Counted from the first letter of the stretch, positions 37,001 through 46,989 are shown. The stretch: DNA of 64,000 nt from an uncultured Pseudomonadota bacterium (GCA_963723305.1 CAVRRT010000046.1:239-64238), one strand, 5' to 3'. The notes: generated by a model from the sequence alone, not told the origin. Translations and numbers: made by a program.

Positions 37001-38914
37001 TCAAGGGATGCTGATGCCGGCGCTGCACTGGCCGGCGAGGCACAGGTCGCCCGCATTGCAGCAGACGCACCCGCACTGAACGACGTCGGGGTCGCAGATG
37101 AGCGCCAGGCACTGCCCGTTGTTGCAGATTTGGCCGCACCCGCAGGTCGGTGAGCAGGTCTTGCCGGGGCAGAGGCCGGCGCTGGTGCAGGTGCCGCCGC
37201 CAGCGCAGCCGCAGGTTCCGCCGCAACCGTCGGCGCTGCCGCAGGTCCCGTCGGTGGGGCAGTGCGGGGTGCAGCAGGCGCTGTCGTACGGCGTCTCGCC
37301 CCCCGGGCAGTTGCAGAGCTTGCCGCAGCCGTCGGACATACCGCCGCGGCTGCCGTCCGAGGGGCAGTTGGGGGTGCAGCAGGCGCCGCTGTAGAGCGCG
37401 CTGCCGGTCGGGCAGGCGCAGGTGTTGCCGCACCCGTCCGGCATGCCGCCCTCGCCCGACGGACAGCTGGGCTTGCAGCAGCCCGCTTTGTAGGTGACGT
37501 CGCCGCTGGGGCAGGCGCAGGTCTTGCCGCAGCCGTCGGACATGTCGCCGCGGCTGCCGTCGGAGGGGCAGTTGGGCTTGCAGCAGGCGCCCATGTAGAG
37601 GGTGGTGCCGGTGGCGCAGCTGCAGGTGTTGCCGCAGCTGTCGGACATCCCGGCGCGGCTGCCGTCGGAGGGGCAGTTGGGCTTGCAGCAGGCGTTCTGG
37701 TAGGTGACGTCGCCGCTGGGGCAGGCGCAGGTCTTGCCGCAGCCGTCGGACATGTCGCCGCGGCTGCCGTCGGAGGGGCAGTTGGGCTTGCAGCAGGCAC
37801 CCATGTAGAGGGTGGTGCCGGTGGCGCAGCCGCAGGTGTTGCCGCAGCCGTCGGACATGCCCCCGCGGCTGCCGTCGGAGGGGCAGTTGGGCTTGCAGCA
37901 GGCGCCCTGGTAGGTGACGTCGCCGGTCGGGCAGGCGCAGGTGCCGCCGCAGCCGTCGGACATGTCGCCGCGGCTGCCGTCGGAGGGGCAGTTCGGCATG
38001 CAGCAGCCATTGGTGGCCTGCTTGCTGCCGGTCGGGCAGGGGCACTTGGCGTTGCAGCCGTTGTCCATCCCGGCGCGGCTGCCGTCCGCGGGGCAGGTGG
38101 GCGTGCAGACGCAGGCGCCCTGGACGCAGGCGCCGGCGGTGCCGCAGCTGGTGCTGCAGTGACAGGTGTCGATGCAGGCGCCGTTGCTGCAGAGCTGGCC
38201 CCCGGGGCAGGTCACGCCGGCGCACAGGTTCTCCACGCACTGACCGTTGCTGCAGACCTGCTTGGCGCCGCAGGTGACGTTGGCGCAGGGATTCGCGCCG
38301 AGGCAGGTCAAGTTGCACGCCATCCCAGGACCGCAGGCGGCATCGCAGGCGTTGAGCGCCACGCACTTGCCGCTTCCGGGGCTGCAGTACTGACCGGTCG
38401 GGCAGGTGACGCCGTTGCAGGGCTGGGCGAAGCAGCCGGCGATGCAAAGTCCGTCGACGCAGGTGAGGCCCGCCTGACAGACCTTACCAGCGCAGGGATC
38501 GACCACCGCTACGCAGGTCGCGTGACAGGTGGTGCCGGTGGCGCAGCTCATCGCCGCGGCGGCGAGACAGGGATCCGGCTGGCAGCTGCTGCCCAGGCAG
38601 ACCTGACCGCTCGGGCACTGCGCCGGGCAGCCGACCGGCGCCGCGCCGCCCTGTCCGGCCACGCCGCCGTCGGATCCGTTCCCGCTGGCGCTGCCGGTGA
38701 CGCTGCCGCTTCCTTTGCCGGTGGTCGAGCCGCCGCCGAGCTTCGGATTGTCGCCCGAGGAGCCCGCCGCGCCACCGCCGGTGCCGAGGGACATCGACTG
38801 CGTCGCCGACTGCTGGAAACCGCATCCGAGCGCCACCAGCGCCAGCAACGAGAGCCCGGAAAAAAACCCGACGGTGGCGCGAGGAGCGAAAACGATCCGC
38901 ATATCGAATTTCAT
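37001..38914 (-). CDS. Large Cys-rich repeat lipoprotein (EGF-like modules plus nine 35-aa six-Cys repeats, three RGD motifs)
   Basis: MKFDMRIVFAPRATVGFFSGLSLLALVALGCG lipobox at ATG 38914, then a G/S linker, CxxxxCxxGxxC modules, and 9x CKPNCPSDGSRGDMSDGCGKTCACPSGDVTYQNAC-type units. Confidence 0.8.
   Translation of the reverse strand: MKFDMRIVFAPRATVGFFSGLSLLALVALGCGFQQSATQSMSLGTGGGAAGSSGDNPKLGGGSTTGKGSGSVTGSASGNGSDGGVAGQGGAAPVGCPAQCPSGQVCLGSSCQPDPCLAAAAMSCATGTTCHATCVAVVDPCAGKVCQAGLTCVDGLCIAGCFAQPCNGVTCPTGQYCSPGSGKCVALNACDAACGPGMACNLTCLGANPCANVTCGAKQVCSNGQCVENLCAGVTCPGGQLCSNGACIDTCHCSTSCGTAGACVQGACVCTPTCPADGSRAGMDNGCNAKCPCPTGSKQATNGCCMPNCPSDGSRGDMSDGCGGTCACPTGDVTYQGACCKPNCPSDGSRGGMSDGCGNTCGCATGTTLYMGACCKPNCPSDGSRGDMSDGCGKTCACPSGDVTYQNACCKPNCPSDGSRAGMSDSCGNTCSCATGTTLYMGACCKPNCPSDGSRGDMSDGCGKTCACPSGDVTYKAGCCKPSCPSGEGGMPDGCGNTCACPTGSALYSGACCTPNCPSDGSRGGMSDGCGKLCNCPGGETPYDSACCTPHCPTDGTCGSADGCGGTCGCAGGGTCTSAGLCPGKTCSPTCGCGQICNNGQCLALICDPDVVQCGCVCCNAGDLCLAGQCSAGISIP
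37165..38108 (-). repeat. 105-bp (35-aa) in-frame tandem repeat x9 with alternating A/B subtypes (210-bp super-repeat); coordinates approximate
   Basis: Subtype A is ..GKTCACPSGDVTYQNA and subtype B is ..GNTCGCATGTTLYMGA. They alternate in units 2-6. Confidence 0.85.
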
Positions 38915-39180
38915 CGGCGCTCTCGACGGTGAGGTGAGGAAAATAAGTTGGCGCCAAACAACGACCTCGACCCAGATCACCGCTGGTGGTGGCGGGCGCA
39001 CAGGTGGGCAGGCCGGGAAGTGCGCCAGCGTCGCGCCGCGCTCGACGCGCCTGCTCACGTCAGGGCGCTGACGGCCACCGTCGCGACGGCGATCGTTGCC
39101 GCTCGCCGCCACGAACCTGACGACGAACGGCGCCCGCCCCGGCCGTCGAAACAGCCTCCGGCGGCGGCTGGCGATTCGGC

Positions 39181-39214
39181 TTGACACCAGGTCGCGACCG
39201 AATACGATATATCG
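39181..39214 (+). promoter_or_regulatory. Candidate sigma-70-like promoter (TTGACA-N16-TACGAT) overlapping the 10-bp palindrome CGATATATCG, upstream of padR
   Basis: TTGACA at 39181-39186, TACGAT at 39203-39208, palindrome at 39205-39214. This is a pattern match only, and myxobacterial promoters are poorly predicted this way. Confidence 0.25.
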
Positions 39215-39221
39215 GAACAGG

Positions 39222-39767
39222 ATGCGACACAGACACCCAGGACAGGAAGCCAAAATTGAGAATCCCGATCCCGCCCGCCGGCGCGGCCACCGGCAGGCCC
39301 GCGACCACGGCCACCAGCGGGAGCGCGGGCGCCTGCGCCACGGCGACGTCCGGACGGCGCTCCTCATGGCGCTCACGGAAGGGCCAGCCCACGGCTACGA
39401 GCTGGGGCAGCGCCTCGAACGCGCCAGCCAGGGGGCCTGGCGCCCCAGCCCGGGGTCGATCTACCCGACGCTGCAGATGCTGGCCGACGAGGAGTTGGTC
39501 TCGTCCGAAGAACGCGACGGCAAGCGGATCTACACGCTCACGCGCCGGGGCGAGGCCGAGCACAAGGAGCGGGGCCGGCGCGGCGAGGGCGCCCCCTGGC
39601 AAGGGGCTTACGACGACCAGTCGCGCGATCTGCGGGCGTCGTCGCTGGCGGTGCGCATGGCGGTCAAGCAGGTGGCGCTGGTGGGGACGATCGATCAGCA
39701 GACGCGGGCCACGGCCATCCTCGTCGAGGCGCGCCGCAAGCTCTACGATCTTCTGGCGGTCGCGTGA
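39222..39767 (+). CDS. PadR-family transcriptional regulator
   Basis: RHGDVRTALLMALTEGPAHGYELGQRL...GSIYPTLQMLADEELV winged-helix signature, with an Arg/His-rich N-terminal extension. Confidence 0.85.
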   Translation: MRHRHPGQEAKIENPDPARRRGHRQARDHGHQRERGRLRHGDVRTALLMALTEGPAHGYELGQRLERASQGAWRPSPGSIYPTLQMLADEELVSSEERDGKRIYTLTRRGEAEHKERGRRGEGAPWQGAYDDQSRDLRASSLAVRMAVKQVALVGTIDQQTRATAILVEARRKLYDLLAVA

Positions 39768-39884
39768 GCGCGGGCGCCGCCGGCGCTTCGGCCGCCGCAG
39801 CCAAGCCAGGAGCGCGCTGTACGCCGTGCCGGGATCGCCGTGGCCGGCCACGGCGCGCGACGGACGCCGTCGTCCCCGCCCCGG

Positions 39885-42413
39885 TTACGCCGGGCCGGTG
39901 ACGAGGCCGATGATGCGGCCGGCCTTGTAGATGAGCTTCTTGATCACGCGCCCTTCGAGGTGCTTGGCGACGTTCGGAATGGCGAGCGCCGCGGCGCGGG
40001 CCTCTTCTTCGGAGGCGTCGCGGCCGAGCTCGACGCTGCCGCGCAGCTTGCCGTCGACCTGGACGCCCACGGTGACGCGCTCGTCGATGGTCAGCGCGTC
40101 GTCGTAGCTCGGCCACGGCGCGTCGATCAGGAAGATCGCACCGGCATCGCCGCGGAGCCGCTCCCAGGCCTCGTCGCCGAGATGGGGCGCGAACGGTCCA
40201 GCCAGCTTGATCAGCGTGCGGAGATCTTCCAGCGTCGCGCCCCCGGCCACCAGGTCGTTGACGTACTCCATCAGCGCGGCGATGACGGTGTTGAACTGCA
40301 TCCGCTCCAGATCGGCGGTGACGCGCTTGATGGTCTTGTGGCGCAGGCGCAGGTGCGGATCGCCGGCCGGGAGGCGGGCGGAATCGTGCTCCTCGACGAG
40401 ACGCCAGACGCGCCTCACGAAGCGGTTCACCCCTTCGATGGCGCGCGAGTCCCACGGCTTGGGGAGCTCGAACTCGCCCATGAACATCTCGTAGAGACGC
40501 ATCACGTCGGCGCCGTAGTCGCGGATGACGTCGTCGGGGTTGACCCCGTTCAGCTTCGACTTGGCCATCTTCTCGACGGCCATGGTCAGCGCCTCTCCGG
40601 TCGCCGCCAGCACCGGCTGGTCGTTCTTCATCGCCACCTCGGACGGCTCGTGGTAGCGGCCGAGGCTGTCCTGGTAGGAGTACGAGAGCACCGTTCCCTG
40701 GTGGCGCAGCTTCTGGAACGGCTCCTTGGTGGAGACCAACCCCATGTCGAAGAGCACCTTGTGCCAGAAGCGCGCGTAGAGCAGGTGCAGCACCGCGTGC
40801 TCGGCGCCGCCGACGTAGAGATCGACGGCCATCCATTCCTTCTCGGCCTGCGGGTCGAAGGCGCGCGCGTCGTCCTTCGGATCGAGGTAGCGCAGGTAGT
40901 ACCAGCACGACCCCGCCCACTGCGGCATCGTGTTCGTCTCCCGCTTGGCCGGCCCGCCGCACTTCGGGCAGGTGGTCGCGACCCAGTCGGCGATCCCCGC
41001 CAGCGGCGACTCGCCCGTGCCGGTCGGGGCGTAGGTCTCGACGTCGGGGAGGCGAACCGGCAGCTGCGACTCCGGCACCGGCACGACGCCGTCGGTGGGG
41101 CAGTGGACCAGCGGGATCGGCTCGCCCCAGTAGCGCTGGCGCGAGAAGACCCAATCGCGCAGCCGGTAGCTGACGGCCGCCTTGCCGACGCCGCGCTCCT
41201 CGAGGTCACGTGTGATGGCCCGCTTGGCCTCGGGCGTCGGCAGTCCGTCGAGCGGCCCGGAGTTGACGTTGACGCCTTCGTCGGTGAAAGCGGCGTCGGG
41301 ATCGGGCGCGCTCCCGTCCTTCGGCCTAATCACCTGAACTATCGGCAGGTCGAACTTCCGGGCGAAGGCGAAGTCGCGCTCGTCGTGCGCCGGGACCGCC
41401 ATGATGGCGCCGGTGCCGTAGCTGGCCAGGACATAGTCGGCGATCCAGATCGGGATCGGCTTGCCGGTGACCGGGTTGGTCGCCGTGGCGCCGGTGAAGA
41501 CGCCGGTCTTGTCCTTGGCCAGATCGGTCCGCTCGAGATCGCTCTTGCGGCGCGCCTCTTCCTGATACGCCGTCACGGCCGCGCGCTGGGCCGGCGTGGT
41601 GAGCGCGTCGACCAGCGCATGTTCGGGCGAGAGCACCATGTAGGTTGCGCCGTAGAGCGTGTCGGGCCTGGTCGTGAAGACGCGGATCTCCTTGCCGGCC
41701 ACCGGCGTCGCCGAGGTGAACAGCACCTCGGCCCCTTCGCTGCGGCCGATCCAGTTGCGCTGCATCGCCAGCGTCGAGGCCGGCCAGTCGACCTCGTTCA
41801 GATCCTCCAGCAGGCGATCGGCGTAGCGGGTGATCCGCAGCAGCCACTGCCGCATGTCCTTGCGCACCACGGCCGTCCCGCAGCGCTCGCAGCGCCCCTG
41901 GCTCACCTCTTCATTGGCCAGGCCGGTCTTGTCGACGGGGCACCAGTTGATGGGGATGACCCCTTCGTAGGCCAGGCCGCGCTCGTAGAGCTTCAAGAAG
42001 ATCCACTGCGTCCACTTCACGTACCCGGGATCAGTGGTGTCGATCTCGCGGGTCCAGTCGTAGGCGAACCCGACGGCGTCGATCTGCCGCTTGAAGTTGG
42101 CGATGGCCGCCTCGGTCGTCACGCGGGGGTGGACGCCGTGCTTGATGGCGTAGTTCTCGGCCGGCAGGCCGAAGGCGTCCCACCCCATCGGGTGCAGGAC
42201 GCGAAACCCCTGCATCCGCTTCCAGCGGGTGATGACGTCGGTCGCGGTGTAGCCCTCGCAGTGGCCCACGTGCAGCCCGGCGCCGGACGGGTAGGGGAAC
42301 ATGTCGAGCGCGTAGAACTTCGGCTTCGCCCGGTCAGCGGGCGTCTTGTGGAGGCCGGCCTCCCGCCAGCGGGCCTGCCACTTCGGCTCGACGGTGCTTG
42401 GGTCGTAAGGCAT
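39885..42413 (-). CDS. leuS: Leucine--tRNA ligase
   Basis: MPYDPSTVEPKWQARW, the HVGH (HIGH) and KMAKS (KMSKS) class I motifs, and full-length homology (842 aa from ATG 42413). Confidence 0.97.
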   Translation of the reverse strand: MPYDPSTVEPKWQARWREAGLHKTPADRAKPKFYALDMFPYPSGAGLHVGHCEGYTATDVITRWKRMQGFRVLHPMGWDAFGLPAENYAIKHGVHPRVTTEAAIANFKRQIDAVGFAYDWTREIDTTDPGYVKWTQWIFLKLYERGLAYEGVIPINWCPVDKTGLANEEVSQGRCERCGTAVVRKDMRQWLLRITRYADRLLEDLNEVDWPASTLAMQRNWIGRSEGAEVLFTSATPVAGKEIRVFTTRPDTLYGATYMVLSPEHALVDALTTPAQRAAVTAYQEEARRKSDLERTDLAKDKTGVFTGATATNPVTGKPIPIWIADYVLASYGTGAIMAVPAHDERDFAFARKFDLPIVQVIRPKDGSAPDPDAAFTDEGVNVNSGPLDGLPTPEAKRAITRDLEERGVGKAAVSYRLRDWVFSRQRYWGEPIPLVHCPTDGVVPVPESQLPVRLPDVETYAPTGTGESPLAGIADWVATTCPKCGGPAKRETNTMPQWAGSCWYYLRYLDPKDDARAFDPQAEKEWMAVDLYVGGAEHAVLHLLYARFWHKVLFDMGLVSTKEPFQKLRHQGTVLSYSYQDSLGRYHEPSEVAMKNDQPVLAATGEALTMAVEKMAKSKLNGVNPDDVIRDYGADVMRLYEMFMGEFELPKPWDSRAIEGVNRFVRRVWRLVEEHDSARLPAGDPHLRLRHKTIKRVTADLERMQFNTVIAALMEYVNDLVAGGATLEDLRTLIKLAGPFAPHLGDEAWERLRGDAGAIFLIDAPWPSYDDALTIDERVTVGVQVDGKLRGSVELGRDASEEEARAAALAIPNVAKHLEGRVIKKLIYKAGRIIGLVTGPA

Positions 42414-42438
42414 GGGCGCCGAATATATACTGCGCGCC

Positions 42439-43425
42439 ATGAAGATCCTGTTCATCGGCGGCACGGGGAACATCAGCTCGACCCTGAGCAAGCTGGTGGT
42501 CGAGCGTGGCCACGAGCTGCACCTCCTGAACCGCGGCAAGAGCAGCAAGCACCCGCTCCCCGCCGGCGTCCAGGTCATCAACCATGATGTTCACAGCAGC
42601 GGCGGCCCGCCGGCGGCGCTGCGCGGCGCCCGCTACGACGTGGTGGTCAACTGGATCGCCTTCCTGCCGTCCGACGTCGAGCGCGACATCGCCTGGTTCG
42701 CAGCGACGACCGGGCAGTACATCTTCATCTCCTCGGCCTCGGCCTACCAGAAGCCGCCGGCGCACCCGATGATCACCGAGTCGACGCCGCTGGCGAATCC
42801 CTACTGGGAGTATTCGCGCAACAAGATCGCCTGCGAAGAGACGCTGATGCGCGCCCACCGCGCCAGCGGCTTCCCCTTCACCGTCGTGCGGCCGTCGCAC
42901 ACCTACGACACCATCGTGCCGGTGGCGGTCGGCAAGTCGGACTTCACCATCATCGATCGGATAAGGCGGGGCGCGCCCGTCATCATCCACGGCGAGGGGA
43001 CGTCGCTCTGGACGCTCACCCACGCCGACGACTTCGCGCGCGCCTTCCTGGGCCTGTGCGGCAACCCGCGCGCCATCGGCCACGCCTTCCACGTGACGTC
43101 GGACGAGTGGCTGACCTGGGACCAGATCCTGCGCCTGGTCGGCCGCGCCGTGGGCGCCGAGCCGAACCTGGTCCACGTCCCGAGCGCGTTCATCGCCAAG
43201 CTCGACCCCGACACGGGCGCCGGCCTGCTCGGCGACAAGAGCTGGTGCGCGCTCTTCGACAACAGCAAGGTGAAGTCGTTCGTGCCCGGCTGGGAAGCAG
43301 AGATCCCCTTCGCCGAAGGGATCCGCCGCACCGTCGCCTGGTTCGACGCCGACCCCGCGCGCCAGGCCGTCGACGCCGCCGCGAACACCCGGGTCGACGA
43401 GATCCTGCGCGCCTGGAAGCGCTAG
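42439..43425 (+). CDS. NAD-dependent epimerase/dehydratase family protein
   Basis: MKILFIGGTGNISSTL Rossmann motif; 328 aa. Confidence 0.85.
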   Translation: MKILFIGGTGNISSTLSKLVVERGHELHLLNRGKSSKHPLPAGVQVINHDVHSSGGPPAALRGARYDVVVNWIAFLPSDVERDIAWFAATTGQYIFISSASAYQKPPAHPMITESTPLANPYWEYSRNKIACEETLMRAHRASGFPFTVVRPSHTYDTIVPVAVGKSDFTIIDRIRRGAPVIIHGEGTSLWTLTHADDFARAFLGLCGNPRAIGHAFHVTSDEWLTWDQILRLVGRAVGAEPNLVHVPSAFIAKLDPDTGAGLLGDKSWCALFDNSKVKSFVPGWEAEIPFAEGIRRTVAWFDADPARQAVDAAANTRVDEILRAWKR

Positions 43426-43844
43426 CGCAGCGCCCAGCGTTCTTCCGCGCCCTTCCGCGCCGCGTCGCGATCGACATTCGCGCGGGCAGTAATCTGAGCC
43501 TGTGTCCCATATCACCGCAGGCGTCCCCCGCTCGTGAGCGGTGGCGAGTCCCCGTTTGACGGGGATGGCGAGCGTCAATTCATCAGGCCTGGAGACACCG
43601 CGTTCGAGCGGGAGTCTCGGCCGCTGACGCGTCGGGCTGGGATCGTCCCCCAACGTAAATATTTTCGATGAAAAATGACCCGATCGGGATCACCCCTCGA
43701 TTCGTCGGGAATCTAGAGGCGGAACGGGCGGGTGGCGACGGGTCGGTTCGACCGGTCGCTCTCAACGCCGCTCCGATCCCCAGCGGCCCCCCGCGCGAGC
43801 GCGCTTGTCGCTGCTGGTGATTCCTGTCCGAAAGGAGCCCCGCG

Positions 43845-45455
43845 ATGTCCCCCAAGAGTACTCCTCTCCTGTTCCTGTTGGCCGCGTCCCTTCTCGGTTC
43901 TTGCGCCAGCCCGGGAACCGCCGACACCGGCACGGGCGGTTCCGGCTCCGGCGGATCATCCAGTGGCACCGGCGGCACGTCGCAGACCGGCGGAGCGACG
44001 GGGACGGGCGGAACAACCAGCACCGGCGGCACGGGCACGGGCGGCGGCCTCGGCACCGGCGGCATCTTGGGCACCGGCGGAAAGGGGACGGGGGGGACTG
44101 CAACAGGCGGAACCGGCACGGGTGGATCGCCCGGGACCGGCGGTGCAGGCACAGGCGGCGCTGGCGCAGGTGGAACAGGGACCGGCGGGAAAGCAGGGAC
44201 CAGTGGATCGACCGGCGGCACCACGGGCACGGGTGGCGGCACGGGCACGGGCGGCGCCACGGGCACGGGCGGCGCCACGGGCACGGGCGGCGCCACGACC
44301 GGTACTGGCGGTGCTGGCACCGCAGGCGCATCTGGTAGCGCGGAGAACAGCGGCTCCAACTGCACGGTGGCTGCCGGCGCCTTGCTGTCCGCGGACAACA
44401 AGGACCTGCCCAATCCGTTCGCCATGCACGACGGCACGGTCATCTCCACCAAAGCGCAATGGGAATGCCGAAGAAACGAGGTCAAAGCAGATCTCGAGCA
44501 ATACGAGATTGGTCCCAAGCAGGATCCGGGAACAGTTGTAGCCACCTTGTCCGGGGGCACGTTGAGCGTGAAGGTAACGACCAGCGCAGGCACCATCACC
44601 CTCACCTCGCCCGTAACCGGGAGTGGCAGCTGCGCGGTCATCGGCATGAACGGGCCCTCGTCAATGGTGACGGGCTGCACGCAGGTCCCTTTCATGCACG
44701 ATCAGGTGGTCAAGTACGACTCGAGCGACAGCACTCAATACCAGAGCGATCCGTTCTACAAAGTGTACCCCGCGATGTGGGGCAAGATCGGCAACTACAG
44801 CGCCTGGGCCTGGGGCATCAGCCGCATCATCGACGGTATCCAGCAGGTGGCCAGTCAGCTCAAGGTCGACCCCACGAAGATCGCGGTACACGGCTGCTCG
44901 TACGCTGGAAAGATGGCGCTGTTTGGGGGGGCGCTCGACGAACGCGTGGCCTTGACGGTCGCGGAGGAATCAGGGGGCGGGGGAATCAACTCCTGGAGAA
45001 CGTCGCAGGAGTACGTGGACCGCACGGGCACCCAGATTGAAAAGATCGACAACACCAACTTCGGTTGGTTCATGCCCAGCATGCAGAAGCTGGATCCGTA
45101 CAAGCTGCCCCACGATCATCACGAGCTCATCGCCATGATCGCCCCCCGGGCCGTCATTGCCCTGGGGAACGACACCTACATCTGGTTGGGCGACGAGTCC
45201 GGATACAAGTCGGTCATGGCCGCCATGGAGGTCTTCAAGGCCATGGGCGTCCCGAACAATCTCGGCTACGACTTCACCTCCAACCACAACCACTGCGTGC
45301 CCCCCACAATCCAACAGAACAGCGTCAATGCGTACGTCAACAGGTTCCTCAAAGGGGGGACGACCGACCCCAACGTGGCCATCAAGCCCCCCGACACCAG
45401 CTACGACCTGAATTATCAGGACGTGATCAACTGGACGACGCCGACCCTGCAGTAG
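43845..45455 (+). CDS. Carbohydrate esterase family 15 (4-O-methyl-glucuronoyl methylesterase), lipoprotein with Gly/Thr-rich linker
   Basis: Lipobox LLGSC and a GTGG repeat linker (43930-44320). LPNPFAMHDGTVISTKAQWECRRNEV and the nucleophile motif HGCSYAGKMA are typical of CE15. AAAGGAG lies 7 nt before the ATG. Confidence 0.85.
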   Translation: MSPKSTPLLFLLAASLLGSCASPGTADTGTGGSGSGGSSSGTGGTSQTGGATGTGGTTSTGGTGTGGGLGTGGILGTGGKGTGGTATGGTGTGGSPGTGGAGTGGAGAGGTGTGGKAGTSGSTGGTTGTGGGTGTGGATGTGGATGTGGATTGTGGAGTAGASGSAENSGSNCTVAAGALLSADNKDLPNPFAMHDGTVISTKAQWECRRNEVKADLEQYEIGPKQDPGTVVATLSGGTLSVKVTTSAGTITLTSPVTGSGSCAVIGMNGPSSMVTGCTQVPFMHDQVVKYDSSDSTQYQSDPFYKVYPAMWGKIGNYSAWAWGISRIIDGIQQVASQLKVDPTKIAVHGCSYAGKMALFGGALDERVALTVAEESGGGGINSWRTSQEYVDRTGTQIEKIDNTNFGWFMPSMQKLDPYKLPHDHHELIAMIAPRAVIALGNDTYIWLGDESGYKSVMAAMEVFKAMGVPNNLGYDFTSNHNHCVPPTIQQNSVNAYVNRFLKGGTTDPNVAIKPPDTSYDLNYQDVINWTTPTLQ

Positions 45456-45507
45456 GCCTGTTGCGCGGCTGAACGGCGCCTCTGGGCGCTGTCCGGCCCG
45501 GCGCGGC

Positions 45508-46989
45508 TCATAGACGGAGGGGCGGGCCGTACAGCGTCGGGCGCCAGCTGGAATATCCGACGCGCACGGTGAACGTCTGCACTTCGTTCCAGCTCGGATC
45601 GAGCTCGACAATCGTTCCGGCGTTCGAGTAGGTGACCAGCGTGTTGCCGTTCGGGAGGCGCTGCACGTCCCCCAGCGTCGCGCTGGCGGCGGTGCCCGTG
45701 TAGTCCTGGATCGGGGTGGCCGACAGCGCGCTCGCCGTGTCGTCCAGCTGGAATTCGAGCACGTGCGCCACGCCGTACGTATCGGTGTTGTTGAACAGCA
45801 GAAACGTCCCGTCGTCGAGCAGTTGGTGGCCGTGATTGACCTGCCAGGTCTGCGGCGAACAGTGGTTTCCGGTGGGCGCGCCGGTGCACACGCCGCCGAG
45901 CTGCCACTGTGGGACTCCCGCCGCGCTGACCTTCACGATCAGGTTCGGGTTGCGATCCGAGATGGTGAAGCTGTCGTCGGACAGGATGTAATGAATCGCG
46001 TTGGCGTGAAAGGTGGCCGACTGGTAAAGGTTGCTCCCAATCGTGAAGGCCGTGGTCACCTGTCCGTCCGGTGTGCGAATCACCAGGTCGCTGGGAGGAT
46101 CGTTGTCCGAGCTGCTCCAAACGAGGGCCGCCACCTTGCCCCCCGGCATCACGGTGAGGTCGTGGTGCGCGGATTCGAAGCCGGGGACGTTCAGATACGA
46201 TTGCTCGCCGTCCATCGACACATAGCGCATTTCACCCATCTCGTTGATAGGGTTGAGCGTGATCATCCACATGTTGTTCCCCTCGTAGTCCATTTGGGCG
46301 CGGCCGGTGTTGAGCGGACCGGGGAAGAACCAGACGATCTCGCCGTCGGCATCGATGATGAAGGCGCTGTCCGGCACGAAGGTTCCCGAGCTGGTCACGA
46401 TGAATCCCGGCTCTCGCTGGGCGGCCTGGGCGACGTTCACCGTGACGTTCGGCGCGTTGGTCAAGCTGCCGGTGGTGGGGAGCGCGTAGTCGGGGCTGAC
46501 GCAGGTCGCTCCGCCGCGGACGGCCTCGATGTGAAACGTGTAGCTCTGGGACTGCTTGAGGCCGAGCAGCAGGGTTCGATAGTTGGCGGTGCTGAGTGAA
46601 ACCGGAGCTTCTCCGCCCAGATTCAAGAGCGAAGGGTCGGCATTGTTCAGCGTATAGACAATCTTGGCGCTCGCCGGGGGCTCCCCCGCCAAGGACCACT
46701 CGACCACCCCGACCGTCGGGATCTGGGCGCTCACCTCGTTGGTGCTGACGGTGAACGCACAAGCGGTCGTGCTGCTCCCTCCATCGGTCGTGCTGCTCCC
46801 TCCATCGGTCGTGCTGCTCCCTCCATCGGTCGTGCTGCTCCCTCCATCGGTCGTGCTGCTCCCTCCATCAGTCGTGCCCGAGGGCCGCCCCTCGCTCCCT
46901 CCGCAGCCAGCCGATCCGAGCAGAACCAGCACGCCGAGAAGGAGACGACGACATGGCCTCGGGCGAAGGACGGAGGGGCGCACGCGCAC
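45508..46989 (-). CDS. Arylsulfotransferase (ASST)-like beta-propeller lipoprotein
   Basis: Lipobox LLGSAGCGG and (TDGGSST)x5. HHD..., FHANAIHY..ISDRNPNLIVKV...WQLGG and NHGHQLLDDGTFLLFNN resemble ASST family blocks. Confidence 0.6.
   Translation of the reverse strand: MRVRPSVLRPRPCRRLLLGVLVLLGSAGCGGSEGRPSGTTDGGSSTTDGGSSTTDGGSSTTDGGSSTTDGGSSTTACAFTVSTNEVSAQIPTVGVVEWSLAGEPPASAKIVYTLNNADPSLLNLGGEAPVSLSTANYRTLLLGLKQSQSYTFHIEAVRGGATCVSPDYALPTTGSLTNAPNVTVNVAQAAQREPGFIVTSSGTFVPDSAFIIDADGEIVWFFPGPLNTGRAQMDYEGNNMWMITLNPINEMGEMRYVSMDGEQSYLNVPGFESAHHDLTVMPGGKVAALVWSSSDNDPPSDLVIRTPDGQVTTAFTIGSNLYQSATFHANAIHYILSDDSFTISDRNPNLIVKVSAAGVPQWQLGGVCTGAPTGNHCSPQTWQVNHGHQLLDDGTFLLFNNTDTYGVAHVLEFQLDDTASALSATPIQDYTGTAASATLGDVQRLPNGNTLVTYSNAGTIVELDPSWNEVQTFTVRVGYSSWRPTLYGPPLRL
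46765..46869 (-). repeat. Perfect 21-bp in-frame tandem repeat x5 (GGTCGTGCTGCTCCCTCCATC on plus strand; encodes TDGGSST)
   Basis: Five identical units start at 46765, 46786, 46807, 46828 and 46849. Confidence 0.95.

Noticed and set aside
36931-38447. Alternative-frame ORFs (36931..38010, 36972..38447, 37262..38932) over the Cys-repeat gene.
   Set aside because: The repeat DNA keeps several frames open. Only the 37001..38914 frame has a lipoprotein signal and a regular cysteine pattern.
43583-44695. 370-aa Pro/Val-rich ORF on the minus strand (PVPVAPPVPV repeats).
   Set aside because: It is the antisense reading of the Gly/Thr-rich (GGC ACG GGC) linker of the CE15 lipoprotein. It has no start context, and the CE15 frame has clear homology.
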